From assembly GCF_009914755.1 (NCBI RefSeq), contig NC_060929.1: a DNA stretch of 64,000 nt, one strand, 5' to 3'. Shown here piece after piece: positions 1 through 14,275 of this stretch (position 1 is the first letter of the stretch; each line of letters begins with the position of its first letter). The notes beneath the pieces are model-generated. The model did no database searches and was not told the origin of the DNA. It saw nothing but the letters and a program-made list of their open reading frames with translations. This DNA comes from the human T2T-CHM13v2.0 reference genome, Homo sapiens. The translations under genes were made by a program, and so were the position numbers.

Positions 1-619
1 CTCCCTGGCTTTAATGTTCAAACTACTGAGCCACGGTGGCTGATCGGAGTTGGGGTGAAAGGCTGGGGGTTCTAAAAGGAATGAAGAGGGTCCTATCGGG
101 GCTAGAAAGGGCAAGAGGGGTGCATCGGCCTAACTTGTCTTGGGGGAGAAACAAAACAGGAGCGGGCAGAAGAAAGAGAACTTTACCATAACCAGAGTGT
201 TGTTTCTTCTCTCTGACCCCTTGAGAGAGGCAGTTCCCAAGCATCTCTCACTTACTTGGGCACTTACTTTGGGATAATTGGTGTCTTTTGCTTTCAAGAC
301 AGGGAGCTTGGGAGATGTCTGCGCAAGGATCACAAGGTCCCCCCGAATACTCAAAATAGGTGAGTAGCTCCCACTTTGCCAAAACTCTTCAGGCCCCATC
401 AGATGAACGTCCTGGAGGAGGTTAGCTGAATTCACACCCACTCCTGAGTTGTAGCAATTTTACTTCCACATCATCCCATCTACTGTTGGCTACTTAGCGC
501 CTGAAAGGCTCTGGAGGTTCCGAAAATAAAGACAAGTAAGTAGAGGTTGAAAGCTTTAAATTCCCAGAGGCCAGGCTCTTAAATCTCTTGCCTCCTGCTA
601 GGCAGAGACAATGGGTCCA

Positions 620-1035
620 GGATGGGAATTGGATTCAGGCTAAGCCAAATGAAACCATTCTTCAGGGAGAGGGATTTCGCCAGTACCCAGGGAGAAGCTG
701 ATTTCAGAGATGCAGACAGGGTCTTGGTAGCATTTGAGACCCTGCTTTCAGTTATTTCTGAAGCCTGGAGTAGAGACACAGAATAGCTAGACAAGTTGTA
801 TCCTGCATAGCTCCAGGAAGTGCCCTTCATCTGGCCACTGTGAGATAGTGGCCATTGGGGTTGTGCAGCATGCAGCCTGCACAACTGTACATGGCGACCC
901 CATCTGGCAGCATCCCTGCTCTTTCTTCAGCTTACTTAGAGCTTACCCTGATACCCTGTTATTAAACTCCCCTTTCTGCCAAATCCAATCGGAATTGGAT
1001 TTATGCCACTCAAACAAAATGAGACCTAAATAATA
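620..1035 (+). mobile_element. Old ERVL-type LTR fragment (LTR16/33-like)
   Basis: 3' end attaaactcccctttctg...ggatttatgccact...cctaaataata resembles ERVL LTR termini; left boundary uncertain. Confidence 0.45.
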
Positions 1036-1863
1036 TGATGAGAATAGTTATCTACAACCACAAAGAAAAAAAAAAGATGTAATATCTTCCCACTCCCACC
1101 CCCAGTTCATTCTAGATCACAGGAAGGAAGTACTTGTCTTTCTTAGCTATTAACTCTCAATTACTAGACATTTAGGGAGTCAGGAGTGGGGGTGGAGAAG
1201 AAGCATAGATGCCAGTTTGCACCCCCACCCTCAGCCACAGTCCTGGGGTGCCAGGCCCTGTGGAGCTGCCAGGCTGTGCCATGCAGAGGGTGGGTGAATG
1301 CAAGCACTGTCTGGAAGGCCTTCAGGCTGGCTGCATGGGAACAGCTGCACAGCCCCATGACGGGTGTCAATATCAAGGGAGACTCCACACTTTCCAGGGG
1401 GAATGGGGCTGAGAGAATGCGGGACTCTGGCCAGAAGAGATGGAGCTCCGGAGGGGCGGGGAATGCGGAGAGAGAAGGAAGGTCGCCAGGCAGAATCGCT
1501 GCACATCTAGACCCAGGGGAAAGAGAACGAGGAAGAGTCTTGAAGAAACTTTAAATTCACAGTTCCTGCATTCAACTCCTCTAAGGGCTTTCTGAGTCTC
1601 CCTAGTGAAATATGTAGACACTAAGTTTCAGGAAAGAACAATAATAAAGGGCATTTTTAAAAGCATGTGTGTGTATGGGGGGCAGGGGGAGCACTGGCAG
1701 AGTTCTTAGTGAGAAGACAGAGGGGAAAGAATTCAAGCAATCTCAAGGAATGTAAATAAATGTTCTACAAAGAGATGCGGGGTGGCGCAGGGTCATTAGT
1801 GTGGATTTTGAAATCGGCCTCACCTGGCTTTTCAGCACCTAGTCCCTGAGGTCTGCATGATCA

Positions 1864-2277
<414 letters not shown>

Positions 2278-2403
2278 TCAAAGAATCTGTAGGCATTTTA
2301 AAGCCACCCCAAAATCTAGGTTAGTCAGCCTTCCCATGATGTCTTCACTTTCAGGATTTTAAGGTTTATCTTCCCAGCAGTCTGCAGGGCACACACCCAT
2401 TAA

Positions 2404-2641
2404 GCAGGAGTTTCTCAAGTTTGGCACTATTGACATTTTGTGCACTTAATTCTTTATTGTGGGGGGCTGTCCTGTGCCTTGTAAGATGGTTAGCAGTGTC
2501 CCTGGTCTCTACCCACTAGACACCAGTAGCACCCCCATCCCCAGCTGTGACTATGAAGAATGCCTCTAGACATCAGCAAATGTGCCCTGAGTCAGGGGTG
2601 GGAGGAAGGCAGTGGCAAAATTGCCTTTGACTGAGAACCAT
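2404..2641 (-). mobile_element. MER20 (hAT-Charlie)
   Basis: ggcactattgacattttg...ctctacccactaga...tgagaacca matches reverse MER20. Confidence 0.88.
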
Positions 2642-2955
2642 GTTAGCCGACTTTAGAGTTTCACCACAGAATATTTTAATAAGAATATGTACTTATGGCG
2701 TAGGCTATAATGCACAATGCTGTCTATAATTTGGTCCAGTGTGTGCCTTTTATTCTCATTTTGCTTTTGTCTAATATGTGTAGTTCAACTAGTTTTACAA
2801 GGTTTGTTAAGACAAATTACATTCCTCAGTTTTCCTCCCTCCCATTTTCCCATCTCCAGGAACAATGTTTACGACTCTTTTAGTGTTCACTCCCTATCTC
2901 TATATATGGTTGAATTGCTGTTTCCCGCTTTTTCATTTTTGGTATTACCCATTAA

Positions 2956-3383
<428 letters not shown>

Positions 3384-3707
3384 AGTATTCATTGTTTCTT
3401 ACAGAGCTTTATATATGCTTGGCAGAACTATGCCTGAGCCAATCTTTTATTTTCCCTGGAATTAAAAATTGCCTTGTTATTGTTACTATTTTTTTTTTTT
3501 TGCTCAGTTTTCTCTGTACTTAAGAATTCATCTCCTAAAGCTCCTTTCCGTGTTCCCATTCTCATAAATTCTTTCAATTTCACCTTCCTGAAGAAATCTC
3601 ACCTGCTCGGTCTGGGCTAGTTCATCTCCACCCCTGTACAGCTGTCAGCCTGGGCTAATGCTTCACCCTTAACCCAGCACTTCCTCTCACCTCTTGTTTC
3701 TGTACGT

Positions 3708-4195
3708 TGTAGTGGGTGAATATTGTCTCCCAAGAACTCATATCCTTCCCAGAAGCTCAGAATGTGACATTATTTGGAAATAAGATCATTGTCAATGTAA
3801 TTAAATAAAATGAGGTCATGCAGTTGTAGGGTGGGCCCTTAATCCAATATGATTGGTGTCCTTACAAGAAGAAAAGAGACACAGAGCCAGATACACACAG
3901 AGGGAACACCATGTGAAGACACAGACGGAAGACAGCCATCAGCCATGTGAAGAGAGAAGGCAGGGACTGCAGTTCTGTTGCCATAAGCCAAGGAATGCGT
4001 GGGCCCCACAGAAGATGAAAGAGGCAAGAAAGGATCTTTCCCTAGAAGCCACAGATGGAGTGTGGACTTGCTGCTACCACGATTTCAGATTTCTAGTCTC
4101 TGGACTAGAATCTGTTTAAAACTGAGTTGTTTTAAACCACTCAGTTTGTCGGACTTTGTTGTGGAAAACAACAAAACCCTAGGAAATTAACACAT
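3708..4195 (+). mobile_element. MLT1B/C MaLR solo LTR
   Basis: gaatgtgacattatttggaaataag...gggcccttaatccaatatga...ctaggaaattaacaca. Confidence 0.85.
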
Positions 4196-4199
4196 ATGG

Positions 4200-5500
4200 C
4201 ATTCTCTTCCTTTTTTCCTCCTTGGTTTCTTCCCTCATTTGGTAGAGCACACCCTGCAATAGCTTTCTTGGAAAAAGCATGTAGAAGTCAAAATTTTGTT
4301 TGAGAGTTTGCGTGTCTGAATTGCGTTTATTCTGCTCTTACATATGAGTGATAATTGGGCTGGATATAGAATTCTAGGTTGGAAATATTTTTTCTTTAAA
4401 ATGTTGAAGTCACTGTCCTGTTTTTTGTTTGCTTTTTTGTGGGATTTTCTCCCTGTGTGCTATTGAGACTTCTGAATTCATTCTAATTCCTGACTGTGGC
4501 ATGTGACTTGTTTTTCTCCTTCCCTTCAGAAACTTGGTAGGGTCTTTTCTGTAATCCCAGTGTTCTGGAAGTTTTATATAATATTGTACCTTGGTGTGAG
4601 TATATTTTCATCCAGTATGCTGCAATCTTACAGTTCCCATTCAATCTGCAGATTCATCTTCTTCAAATGTGGGAATACTCTTGTTTTGTTGTTGTTGTTT
4701 TTGATGAATCTCCCTTCTGCCCTATGTTCACTATTCTTTCTTTTTAATACTCTTCTTATGTGCATGTTGGACTTCTTGGGCTAATCTTCAAGTTATTTTC
4801 TCTTTCCTTTTCTTTCCATCCCTTTGTTTTTCTGACTTCCTTTTTTTTTTATTTTTTTAGACAGAGACTTGCTCTGTTACCCAGGCTGGATTGCAGTGGT
4901 GCGATCTTGACTCATTGACGCCTCTGCTTCCTGGGTTCAAGCAATTCCCTGCCTCAGCCTCCTGAGTAGCTGGGGTTATAGGTGCCCGCTAATTTTTGTA
5001 TTTTTAGTAGAGATGGGGTTTCACTATCTTGGCCAGGCTTGTCTTGAACTCCTGACCTTGTGATCCACCTGCCTTGGCCTCCCAAAGTGCTGAGATTACA
5101 GGCATGAGCCACCGCAACCCGGCCTCTTTCTGACTTCCTTTCTGAAAATGTTCCTCAGTTTTATCTTTCAATCTTTTTTATAAGGTTTTTTGCTCTTTTT
5201 ACATTTTTAATTTTCAGCAAATAGTTTTTGTTCCTTACGTGTTCTTGTTTTATAGCGTTCTGTTTTCCTTTCATGAATACAATGTCTTTTCTTACCTCCC
5301 AAATGTTATCAGTGATTATTCTTAGAAGTTTTCTTCTTGCATAATTTCTGTTTCTCCCAAGTTGCTCTTATTTGTTTGTTTTGTTCTCTGACTTTCCTAA
5401 CAGAGGTTTTCCTAAGATGTTTATTCATCTGTGATTGTCTGAATGGGTGGAGTTTCTTGACTGTGAGCTTCATAGGGTGTTACATTGTGCCAGTTTTGAG
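4200..5500 (-). mobile_element. Degenerate L1M fragments
   Basis: T-rich antisense L1-like sequence (tggatatagaattctaggttgg), split by an Alu. Confidence 0.65.
4841..5124 (-). mobile_element. Alu (AluS) with short internal deletion, inside old L1
   Basis: Alu consensus; TSD tttctgacttcctt. Confidence 0.95.
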
Positions 5501-5869
5501 GGGAGTCTCAGTGATTATCTTCAGATCTTTCTACTTGGGCTTTCCAGACTTTGCAGAGAAGATCCTTCCAACCTACTGTCTAGAGGGCAGAGGCAAGGCT
5601 GCAAGCATTCCGGAAGTCCAACAGGGGAGGGAGAGTGGAGGAAGGAGGCGTCTCAACATCTGGTATGTCCATACTCACTGAATACTCCTGTTTCCAATAT
5701 GTATGATATCCCTGGTCTCAACTAGATCTGATGTCACACAGTCCAGATTTCCTATGTTTTACCCTCCTTGGAAAGCAAATGGTCAGTCTTTTGAAGGGTG
5801 GAGAAGGAGCAGACACCTAGCAGTTTGGAGTTGAGGTGGGGATCCAGGCATTTAATTACTTCTAAACAA

Positions 5870-6085
5870 ATTTCAACCAACCTCCATTATTTTATACTCT
5901 TTCCCCACAGCTTTGCTCTCAGTTCCAGAAGTACCTGTTGCCACAGACTCCTGAGTTCTTCTGAAGCCAGTGGGTTTATGCAGTGAATGCTCAGAAAAAC
6001 CCAGGAATCTGTGGCCACAGGTACTGCTGGGACTGAGAGCAAAGCTGTGGGGAAAGAGTATAAAATAATGAAGGTTGCTTGAAAT
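5870..6085. repeat. Long inverted repeat, 95-bp arms, 26-bp spacer
   Basis: 5870-5964 vs reverse complement of 5991-6085: 8 mismatches and no gaps by manual alignment. Confidence 0.95.
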
Positions 6086-6699
6086 CCAGGGTTCATGGAT
6101 TTTCCTGCCTGTTGGGTTGGGATTCACCTTTGTTAGGGCTGCTCAGTCAGTTACTTCTCATCCATGAGCTTTCCAGCTCCCAAAGTTTTGTTGTTTTCAC
6201 CTCTTTCATTTTTTCTTGTAAGTTTATGTCTTTAAAGAAAATCCCATCGTGATGGTTGTAGCAAGTTTTCCTGGGGAACTGCAACCAAATGTTTGCGTTC
6301 AATCTGACCTCTTCCTTCAGAGCTCCTAGTTTGCATTTCCAACCTTATCTCGGGTGTTATTTTGGAAAGGAGGTTGAGCACTTCTCGAGTTTGTTCTAAA
6401 ATGCCTTTCTCAGCATTACTTGGTCCAAAACAGCATTTGGACCTGACCAATCATGTGCTATTCAGCAAAAGCCATACAACATATTTATCTATATAATGTC
6501 TTCCTATATTACCAAAGGAACCATATTTCCATCAGATGTGTTTCTCAAGCACTCTGCCACTCCTTTCTACCTCTCCTGCGTTTGATCTGAGGACGGCCCG
6601 TTCCACAGGTAATACCGGGAAGAAGTGAAGAAAGCAGAGTCGGGGTGGGGGGAGGTTTGATTATTCATTGGTTTGTGACACACACAGTCAAAAGACAAC

Positions 6700-7430
6700 T
6701 TCGGGCTTGTTTCCCTTAAGATGGGCAGGGAAACCTGTTTTGATGCAATGCTGTGTGAGCTGAGACCACAGTAGGTAAAGGAATGAGGCATGCAGATATC
6801 TGGGGAAGAGTTTTCAGGAGTAAGAAAGACAGTGCCAAAGTCTCTAGGAGGGAAAGCAGGAGACCCATGGGGCTGGAGAGGAATAAACAAGAGGGGGCGT
6901 GGTAGGGGATTGGCTGTTGGCAGGTGGGCATGATTGGACCGTTGACATTTTCTCTGGGTGAGATGGGGAGCCACATGGGGTCTTGAGTAGGGTGACATGA
7001 TGCCTCTTGTGTCACATGCAAGAGCAGAAGCAGAGAGCACAGCCAGACAGGGCTTCTGGAAGAATCCAGGGGAGATATTTCTCTCGATGGTGTTGGCTTG
7101 GACCAAATGGTATCAGTGGAGGTGGTGAGATAGGGTTGGACTTCGGATATATTTAAAGGTAAAGCTGAAAAGAATTGCAGATAAGTTAGATACGAGGTGT
7201 GAGGGAAAGAGACATATCCAGGAAGATTCCAAAATTCTTGACTTCAGCCACTGGAAGGATACAGTTGTCAGGTGCTGAGATGGGCAAGACTGGGAGAAAA
7301 GCAGGCTTGGAAGGGAAGATCTGGAGTTCAGCTTTGGCTCTGCCAAATTTGCGTTGCCTACTGGATATCCAGGTAGGTGTGCTGAGGGGGTGGGGGATAG
7401 AGATGGTAGAGTCAACGAAAACACCCAGTG
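6700..7430 (-). mobile_element. L2 LINE fragment
   Basis: Typical antisense L2 phrases (gcagatatctggggaagag; gcgttgcctactggatatccaggt). Confidence 0.8.
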
Positions 7431-7779
7431 TTCATGGAGCTCGTCCAATGGGCCAAATGCTGTCTGTGTGCTTTATCTGTATAACTCATTCCATCGCCAT
7501 GACAATCTGATAAGAGATGATTCTTCTTATGCATGCCAGGAACACAAAGGCACAGAAGATGAAGTAACTTGCCCACGGCCACACGGTTGGTAAGTATTGG
7601 GGCTAACTTCCACCTGAGCCATTTGGCCCCAGAGCCTGCCTTTCTAGCCACTGGGGTCTCTGTGTCTCCTCCCATCTGGCCAATGCACTTAAGGTCTTCC
7701 AGGTTTGACGTGGGTACCAGGATCTGAAGTATCAGCCTTTCAGTGTTAGCACAAAGCAGGCAGAAAACTCATGCGATTG

Positions 7780-7975
7780 TTAAAAGTGAGGCTTCTGGGG
7801 CCAGTCAGGTCTGGGTGTGAATGTCCGTCATTTACTGACCCTGAGGAACTTATTTTCCCCCTTCTCAGCCTTGGTCCCCTCCTCTGTGAAGTGAGAATAA
7901 TAATGGTATTGACCTCAGAGAGTTGTTGTGAGGAGGAAGTGAAGTAATGCGTGCAAAGTGCTCAATAGATATTAT
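7780..7975 (+). mobile_element. MIR
   Basis: MIR core: ctcagccttggtcccctcctctgtgaagtgagaataataatggta...gttgttgtgagg. Confidence 0.75.
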
Positions 7976-9234
7976 TTGTTATCATTATTATTCTTAAAGA
8001 GCAAAGATTGCAATGTCTCTCAATCGGACTCTCACTCCACTCAATTCCCCAGAAGGTAGTGTGCTGGAAAGGTAGGAATTGTGAAAGGGGTTTGAGAATC
8101 AACTATGATAAAGTAGAGCTTGTGGAGTCTTTGGAGAAAGGCTCTCTTGCTTTCAGAAGTCCAGAGTAGTTCAGGGCATTATCCAAATCCCATGATGTTA
8201 GGGGTACTTGGTGGCCAATAAAACCACCCCCATTCTTCTGGCCCAATGGGCTCTGTCTTAATCTTCATGACTCCAGGGCCCCAGGGCTCAGGGCTACAGG
8301 AAGGAAAAGTACTCCAGGCTGAAGATGGGACTCATAAAGAAGCTTCCTGTCTCCCAAGGCCATCTCAAACTTCACTCAGAGGATGCTGGGGGTAGCTTTA
8401 ATTGGCCCTCCTCGCCACACGCGGTGCAAACAGCCCTGGAATGTTTCCTTAGATGAGGCCGTCTCTGACTTACAGGAATAAAGAGTCACCTTTAATTCCT
8501 GGGTCCAGAAGGAGCCCAAATGAATTTAGAACAACTAAAGACTCAGTTCAGAGGGACACTGAAAAAAGCAACCAATAATTACAGCTTGGGAGCCATGAAG
8601 TAGCCCAAAGAGACCGAGGTCTGTCCATAGGAGACCAAAGAAAGAATTTTGTTTACCAATTTTTCATTTATACTCCACCTACTTCCCAAAAGAATTTGGG
8701 GTGGCTGACAGGAGAAAGCAAACAAGAATCCCGGCTCTAAGACTTTACCCACTGGTAAAGCTCCTGAGATGGATCTAATAAAGTGGGTTATTTTGCCACG
8801 AGAAAAAAGAGACAGATCATGGAACCAAACAAGTCACATGGAGGGACCAGCTACTCATTTGCATGACGCACATTGAGAAGAGAAACCATTGTGAACACTT
8901 CTTTTTCTAGCATCATCAAAGAATGAAATTTTTCATTCAACCTTGCCATCTTTAAATGACTGATTCCTCTCTGTTCTGGGCTCCGAAATACTACCGTTAG
9001 AATTCTTAGTGCAAACGCGACACAAGTAATTGCATCGATTTATCAGGTGGCTTCCATTGTGGCCGTTGGTGCAGGACTGGATGCTGGTTTGGGGTAGAGG
9101 AAGCGAACATCTAGATTCTCCAGACTTCTAGGGAAAGAAAGGATGGGCAGGCATGGGGTACAGGTGGGGTTGGTCTGACTGCAGAGTGGGGAACATGGAG
9201 AAAATAGAAGGTGGGCAAATGCATGGCAGCAAGA

Positions 9235-9430
9235 AACTGACATTTTTTGAGCATCTATTTTATGTTTAGGCCTTTCCAATGTTACCTCTACAACAACCCT
9301 GTGAGAATGGCATTTTTACTCCTAATCATACAAAGGAGGAAACTGAGGCTCAGAGAAGTGCAGTGATGGACCTAACTCACTCAGGAGAGAAGCAAGTTCT
9401 GACTTGTTCACAATGAGATCCAGCTCCAAC
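9235..9430 (-). mobile_element. MIR
   Basis: aacaaccctgtgag...ggagaaactgaggctcagagaag. Confidence 0.75.
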
Positions 9431-10307
9431 CGATTTAAAATCGTGGGGAGCATGACACTTCTTGGCTGCTGTGGCATCCTGGAAGTCCAGACCTGAGGGT
9501 GCTTTAGGGATTCTCTTAGTACAACCTTCTCCTTTGACAGATAAGGAAGCAAAAGCTCAAGGGCCTGAGGCCTCTTGCCTACTTTGTGATAGCAGAGGCT
9601 CAACTTGAAAGTCAGCTTTAAATTCCAGGGTCCTGCTGCTTTCTGGATGGCCACCATGACACCACCTCACACAAACCTCCCTAAAATTCTCCCAGCCCGC
9701 AACCATTTTCAAAAATGGAAAGTTTCAGCAGCCACACCTGCTGGGAAGTGGAGTCTATTTTGTGCTGGAAGCCACTATATTTACCATACCTGACCTTGGT
9801 CTACATCAGACAACATTCTTCAGGATCTAGAGACCGTTACAACCAGCCTTCAAGGGGGCAGACGTGCTTCATTGTGTCAAGTATTTGCAGGCATAAGTGG
9901 CCTGGGGCTTGGAAATATTTTCAGCATAGTATGCTTTTTGTTGTTTATGGGATTGGATATTTTAGGTAAATATCAGCATGCATTCCAATGCAAACACAGA
10001 CTTGCCTATAGCACAGGCAAGGACATTAAAATTAACATCACATTCACTAGTGTTTGTTCTATTGACAAACACTGCCCAATTTAGGTAGTTGGGATATTAG
10101 AAAGCAACTAGTTTAACAGCCACTGTGGTGTATATTAAATGCAGTTAGGTCAAGGGCATGTAACTAGTTTTTGGTGGGCGGTGGGAGGACCCATCCATGT
10201 AGGTGTTCAGAACTATGCAACTAATGAGCATATAATAGCAGCCAAGAGCTGCCATTCTCTGAGTGTCTTGCCTGTTCTGGGCACTTCTTCCCCTACAAGC
10301 TATCATT

Positions 10308-10860
<553 letters not shown>

Positions 10861-11959
10861 TCCGCGCTTGTTCCTACCTTGTGACTTTCATAACTATGCC
10901 ATATATGTTTTCTTTGACTCATTTAATAAGTGTATGCTATGGGCTGGCAAAGGGTTGACACACCACCCAAAGCCACATGGCTAGATTGAGGCAGAGCTGG
11001 GACTTGATCTCAGACCTTTGTAACTGTGAAACTAAACCCAATGAAGAAGCAGAGCAGGCCCACCTGTGATTTCAGGCAGGTAGATGGGGGACCCAGGAAA
11101 AGTGGCTTTGAGCACTCACCTGTTTTTTGTCCTGGGGTTGTGGGAGACAAATTTAATGAGAAGAAATACTGTTGGCCCCAGGGGAACTCCACTTTGGAAA
11201 AAAACTACTCTTGTGGCTAGGAAAACACCTCCATGTGCTCATTTGACTTGGAAAGTGAGGCCCTCTGGGCAAAGCTGATGACATGGACCACGTGGCTCCT
11301 TCATATAGCAAATATTTTGTAAAATCCCCTTACCATCTTGCCACTAAATAAAATGTATTTATACATATAATCCCTTCCCAAATTCATATAATTCCCAGGT
11401 TGTAATAGGAAAGAGACATTAAAGTAAGGTGATTTATCATAAAATAATATGTGTGCCAATACCTAGGCACTGGGCAGGACCACCTGAGAGGGTATATTTA
11501 AAGTGATCAGATACATGCTCCAAGTTACAAAGAATGTGTTGGGATTGAAGAGAAGTTAGACACAAATCAGTTGAAGATTGTTGCATCTTTTCCTTAATAG
11601 TTAACAGTTTGAGAGCCAGTGAAGTGTGTGTGCACATAAAGCACAGAATTCCCTAGGATGCGGCCGGGCACAGGCATGTTATTGGGGACTCATGTGCCTC
11701 GGGCAGCTTCCTTGTCAGTGGTATTTTTTCTGAAATGGTGATTCAAATCTTGGTAAAGTTCCAAATAAAACAAAATGTGATCTTCTCTAAATTTACACAG
11801 GAGTTACATTCTGGGAAACTCAGTGTGTATTAAACAGTGCAAAAACGACTTGGTGTTTATGTGTAAGGCTGAGTTGGACTCTAGTCAGACAATTATAAAC
11901 AGGTTTCTCACCTACATGGGTGTCCGATGGATCATTCAAAAGTATTTGGGAGATGGATT

Positions 11960-12750
11960 GCACATCAAAATACGAAAGGTAAAATTATGACGTTTGCAAC
12001 GTTTCTAGAAAGACACAAAGGAGTAGGCAAAGATGACTTAGACAGGACTAAAACTTATTAACCATAAAGAAATGGTTGATGGATTTTATTACTTGAAAAT
12101 TGACCCATCAAATGACACTCTTATGAGAGTGAAAAGACAAGTCACAGAATGAGAGAAAGTATTTGCAAACCATATATTCATCAAAGAAGTCATAGCCAGA
12201 AGAGAGCTACAAATTAGTAAGAGAAAAAGCCTACAACTCAATAGAGAACTGGCCAGAAGACTTGAGTAGGCCCTTTGCAAAGGTTGATATCTGAATGGCC
12301 AATGAACATAAGGTGATACCACAGCATAGTTTCCAAAATGGCTAAAATAAAACAGGCAAATAATACTAAGTGTTGACGAGGAAGTGGAGCAATGGGAATT
12401 CTCATATTGTGCAAGTGGGAATGTCAAATGACTAAACTTTGGAAAATTCTTTGCAGTATCTACTAAGGTTGCACCTATGCCTGTCCCATGATCTGGCTAT
12501 TTATTCTTAGGTATATTCCCAGAAGAAATGTGTACATCTGTGCATCAAGAAACATGTGAAAATGTTCAAGGCAGCATTGTTTATAATAACTTCAAGCTGG
12601 AAACAACCCATGTGTCCATCAAGAACTATACGCAGCAACATGAAGAATCCACAAACATGAAAATGAGTGAAAGAAGCCAGATGCAAAAAAGGGCACACAG
12701 CGTGATTCCATTTATGAGAGGTTTAAAAACAAGCAAAACAAATTGCAGTG
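11960..12750 (+). mobile_element. L1ME/MC 3' region
   Basis: gaaagtatttgcaaaccatata...aatactaagtgttgacgagga...atgagtgaaagaagccagatgcaaaa. Confidence 0.8.
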
Positions 12751-14049
12751 CCTAAAAGAGCAGCAGATGTACACAATTGTGCTGATTTTTCTCTCATTTA
12801 AAACGGTTCCACAAGTAGTTAGTCCAGGGCTGGTGTCATGGCTCCATGGTCACTGGGGCATTGTGTTCCTCCACGATTTCTGCTTCACCAGGCTTAGCCT
12901 TTGCTTCCATCCTCTAGTTTGCCTCATGGCTCAAGATGGCTGCTAGAGCTCCAGCTGTCTCTTATGCATTCCTGGCTGTAGAATGGAGGAAGGAGGAAAG
13001 GGTAACGGGACGCTTTACTGGCTATTCTTGTTTAAAGGAGCATCCTTGATCATACTTAATGAGAATCTGGAGTAATTTTCAGGAGATCTCAGAGAGGGTA
13101 CAAGAGCAACAGGGCCTTGCAAATACAGAAAAGTAGCCTTCCAGGCAATTATAATAGATCTGGGCAGGCATTTTGCAAAGACTATTGCAGGAAAATGGAG
13201 CTTATTTAGAAATCGATAGTTGAGTACTCTGTGATTTTAAAATGAGCACAAGGAGACACTGTTGATGCCCAGAATCCTCTACAATTAGCAGCAAGAGCTC
13301 TGGAAAACCCAGGGAGGGGGTAGAGGGAAGAAGGTTAGGTTCAGTTGAATCTGGATGCTGGAAGAGAAAGAGGATCCAGCCAGATCCAAACAGACAGCAT
13401 CCTCAGATGCACCTGCCCAGGGGGCCCCCCACTCCTTAGCAATGAGGGTCTGGTGTGAATGCTGGTTCACTGACACGTGACAAGCACACCTGTGTCCCAG
13501 CCATCCCACCCAGGCACCAGGTAAACATCTTCCCAGAGGGCTGACAGGCCACTGAGCCCGTTCCCAGGATACTCCGGACTCTCCCCAGGGCAGTAGCCTC
13601 GTTACAGAATTCTATCTGTAAATTTAATCAGTGCAAAACCATATCCATGGTTTTGTGGCGGGATGTAAAGATGACAGCCTTCCTCCTGTGGGGTTGAGAC
13701 ATTCTGGAGCTTCGTGAAAATTCACCATCTGGCTTCTTCCTGGCTGAGCATGGGGACAACCTTCCCATCCAGATGTCCCCATGAGGCAGCACGTTGCCAC
13801 AGGTACTTGGGTTGGATCTAGCCCCGCTGCTGAGCTTCCTGGGCAAGCCCGGGCAAGTCAGCCAGCACCGTGGGCCTCAGATCCCCCTTTTAAAAGGTGA
13901 AGAGGAGAGTACCTGCATCACAGAGCTGTCACAAGGATCAGAGGTATATGTGACAGGAGGAATCGCATGCAGCACTGGACATTAAATGGCGCTATCATGG
14001 TGTGGCAGCACACTTCTGAGGCTTCTGGAGTTGTCGTGTTTTGTTAATA

Positions 14050-14275
14050 ATTTATTCAGCTCTCATTCACATACCATACAATTCACCCCCTTAAAGTGTA
14101 CAATTTGGTGACCTTTAGTGTATTCAGAGCTGCGCAGCCATCATCAGAATCAACTCTAGAACATTTTCATGACCCTGGGCAGAAACCCTGCACTTCACAG
14201 CCACCAGCCCCAGCCCCTCCATCCCCCAACCCCAGCCCCCCAAGTTCCTCTGTTCGGTGAATATCTTCTGAATAT
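14050..14275 (-). mobile_element. L1MB 3' end fragment
   Basis: attcacataccatacaattcacc...aaagtgtacaatt...tagaacattttcat. Confidence 0.8.

Noticed and set aside
1-540. Possible ERVL internal (gag-like) remnant at the window edge
   Set aside because: Too degenerate to support without a profile search.
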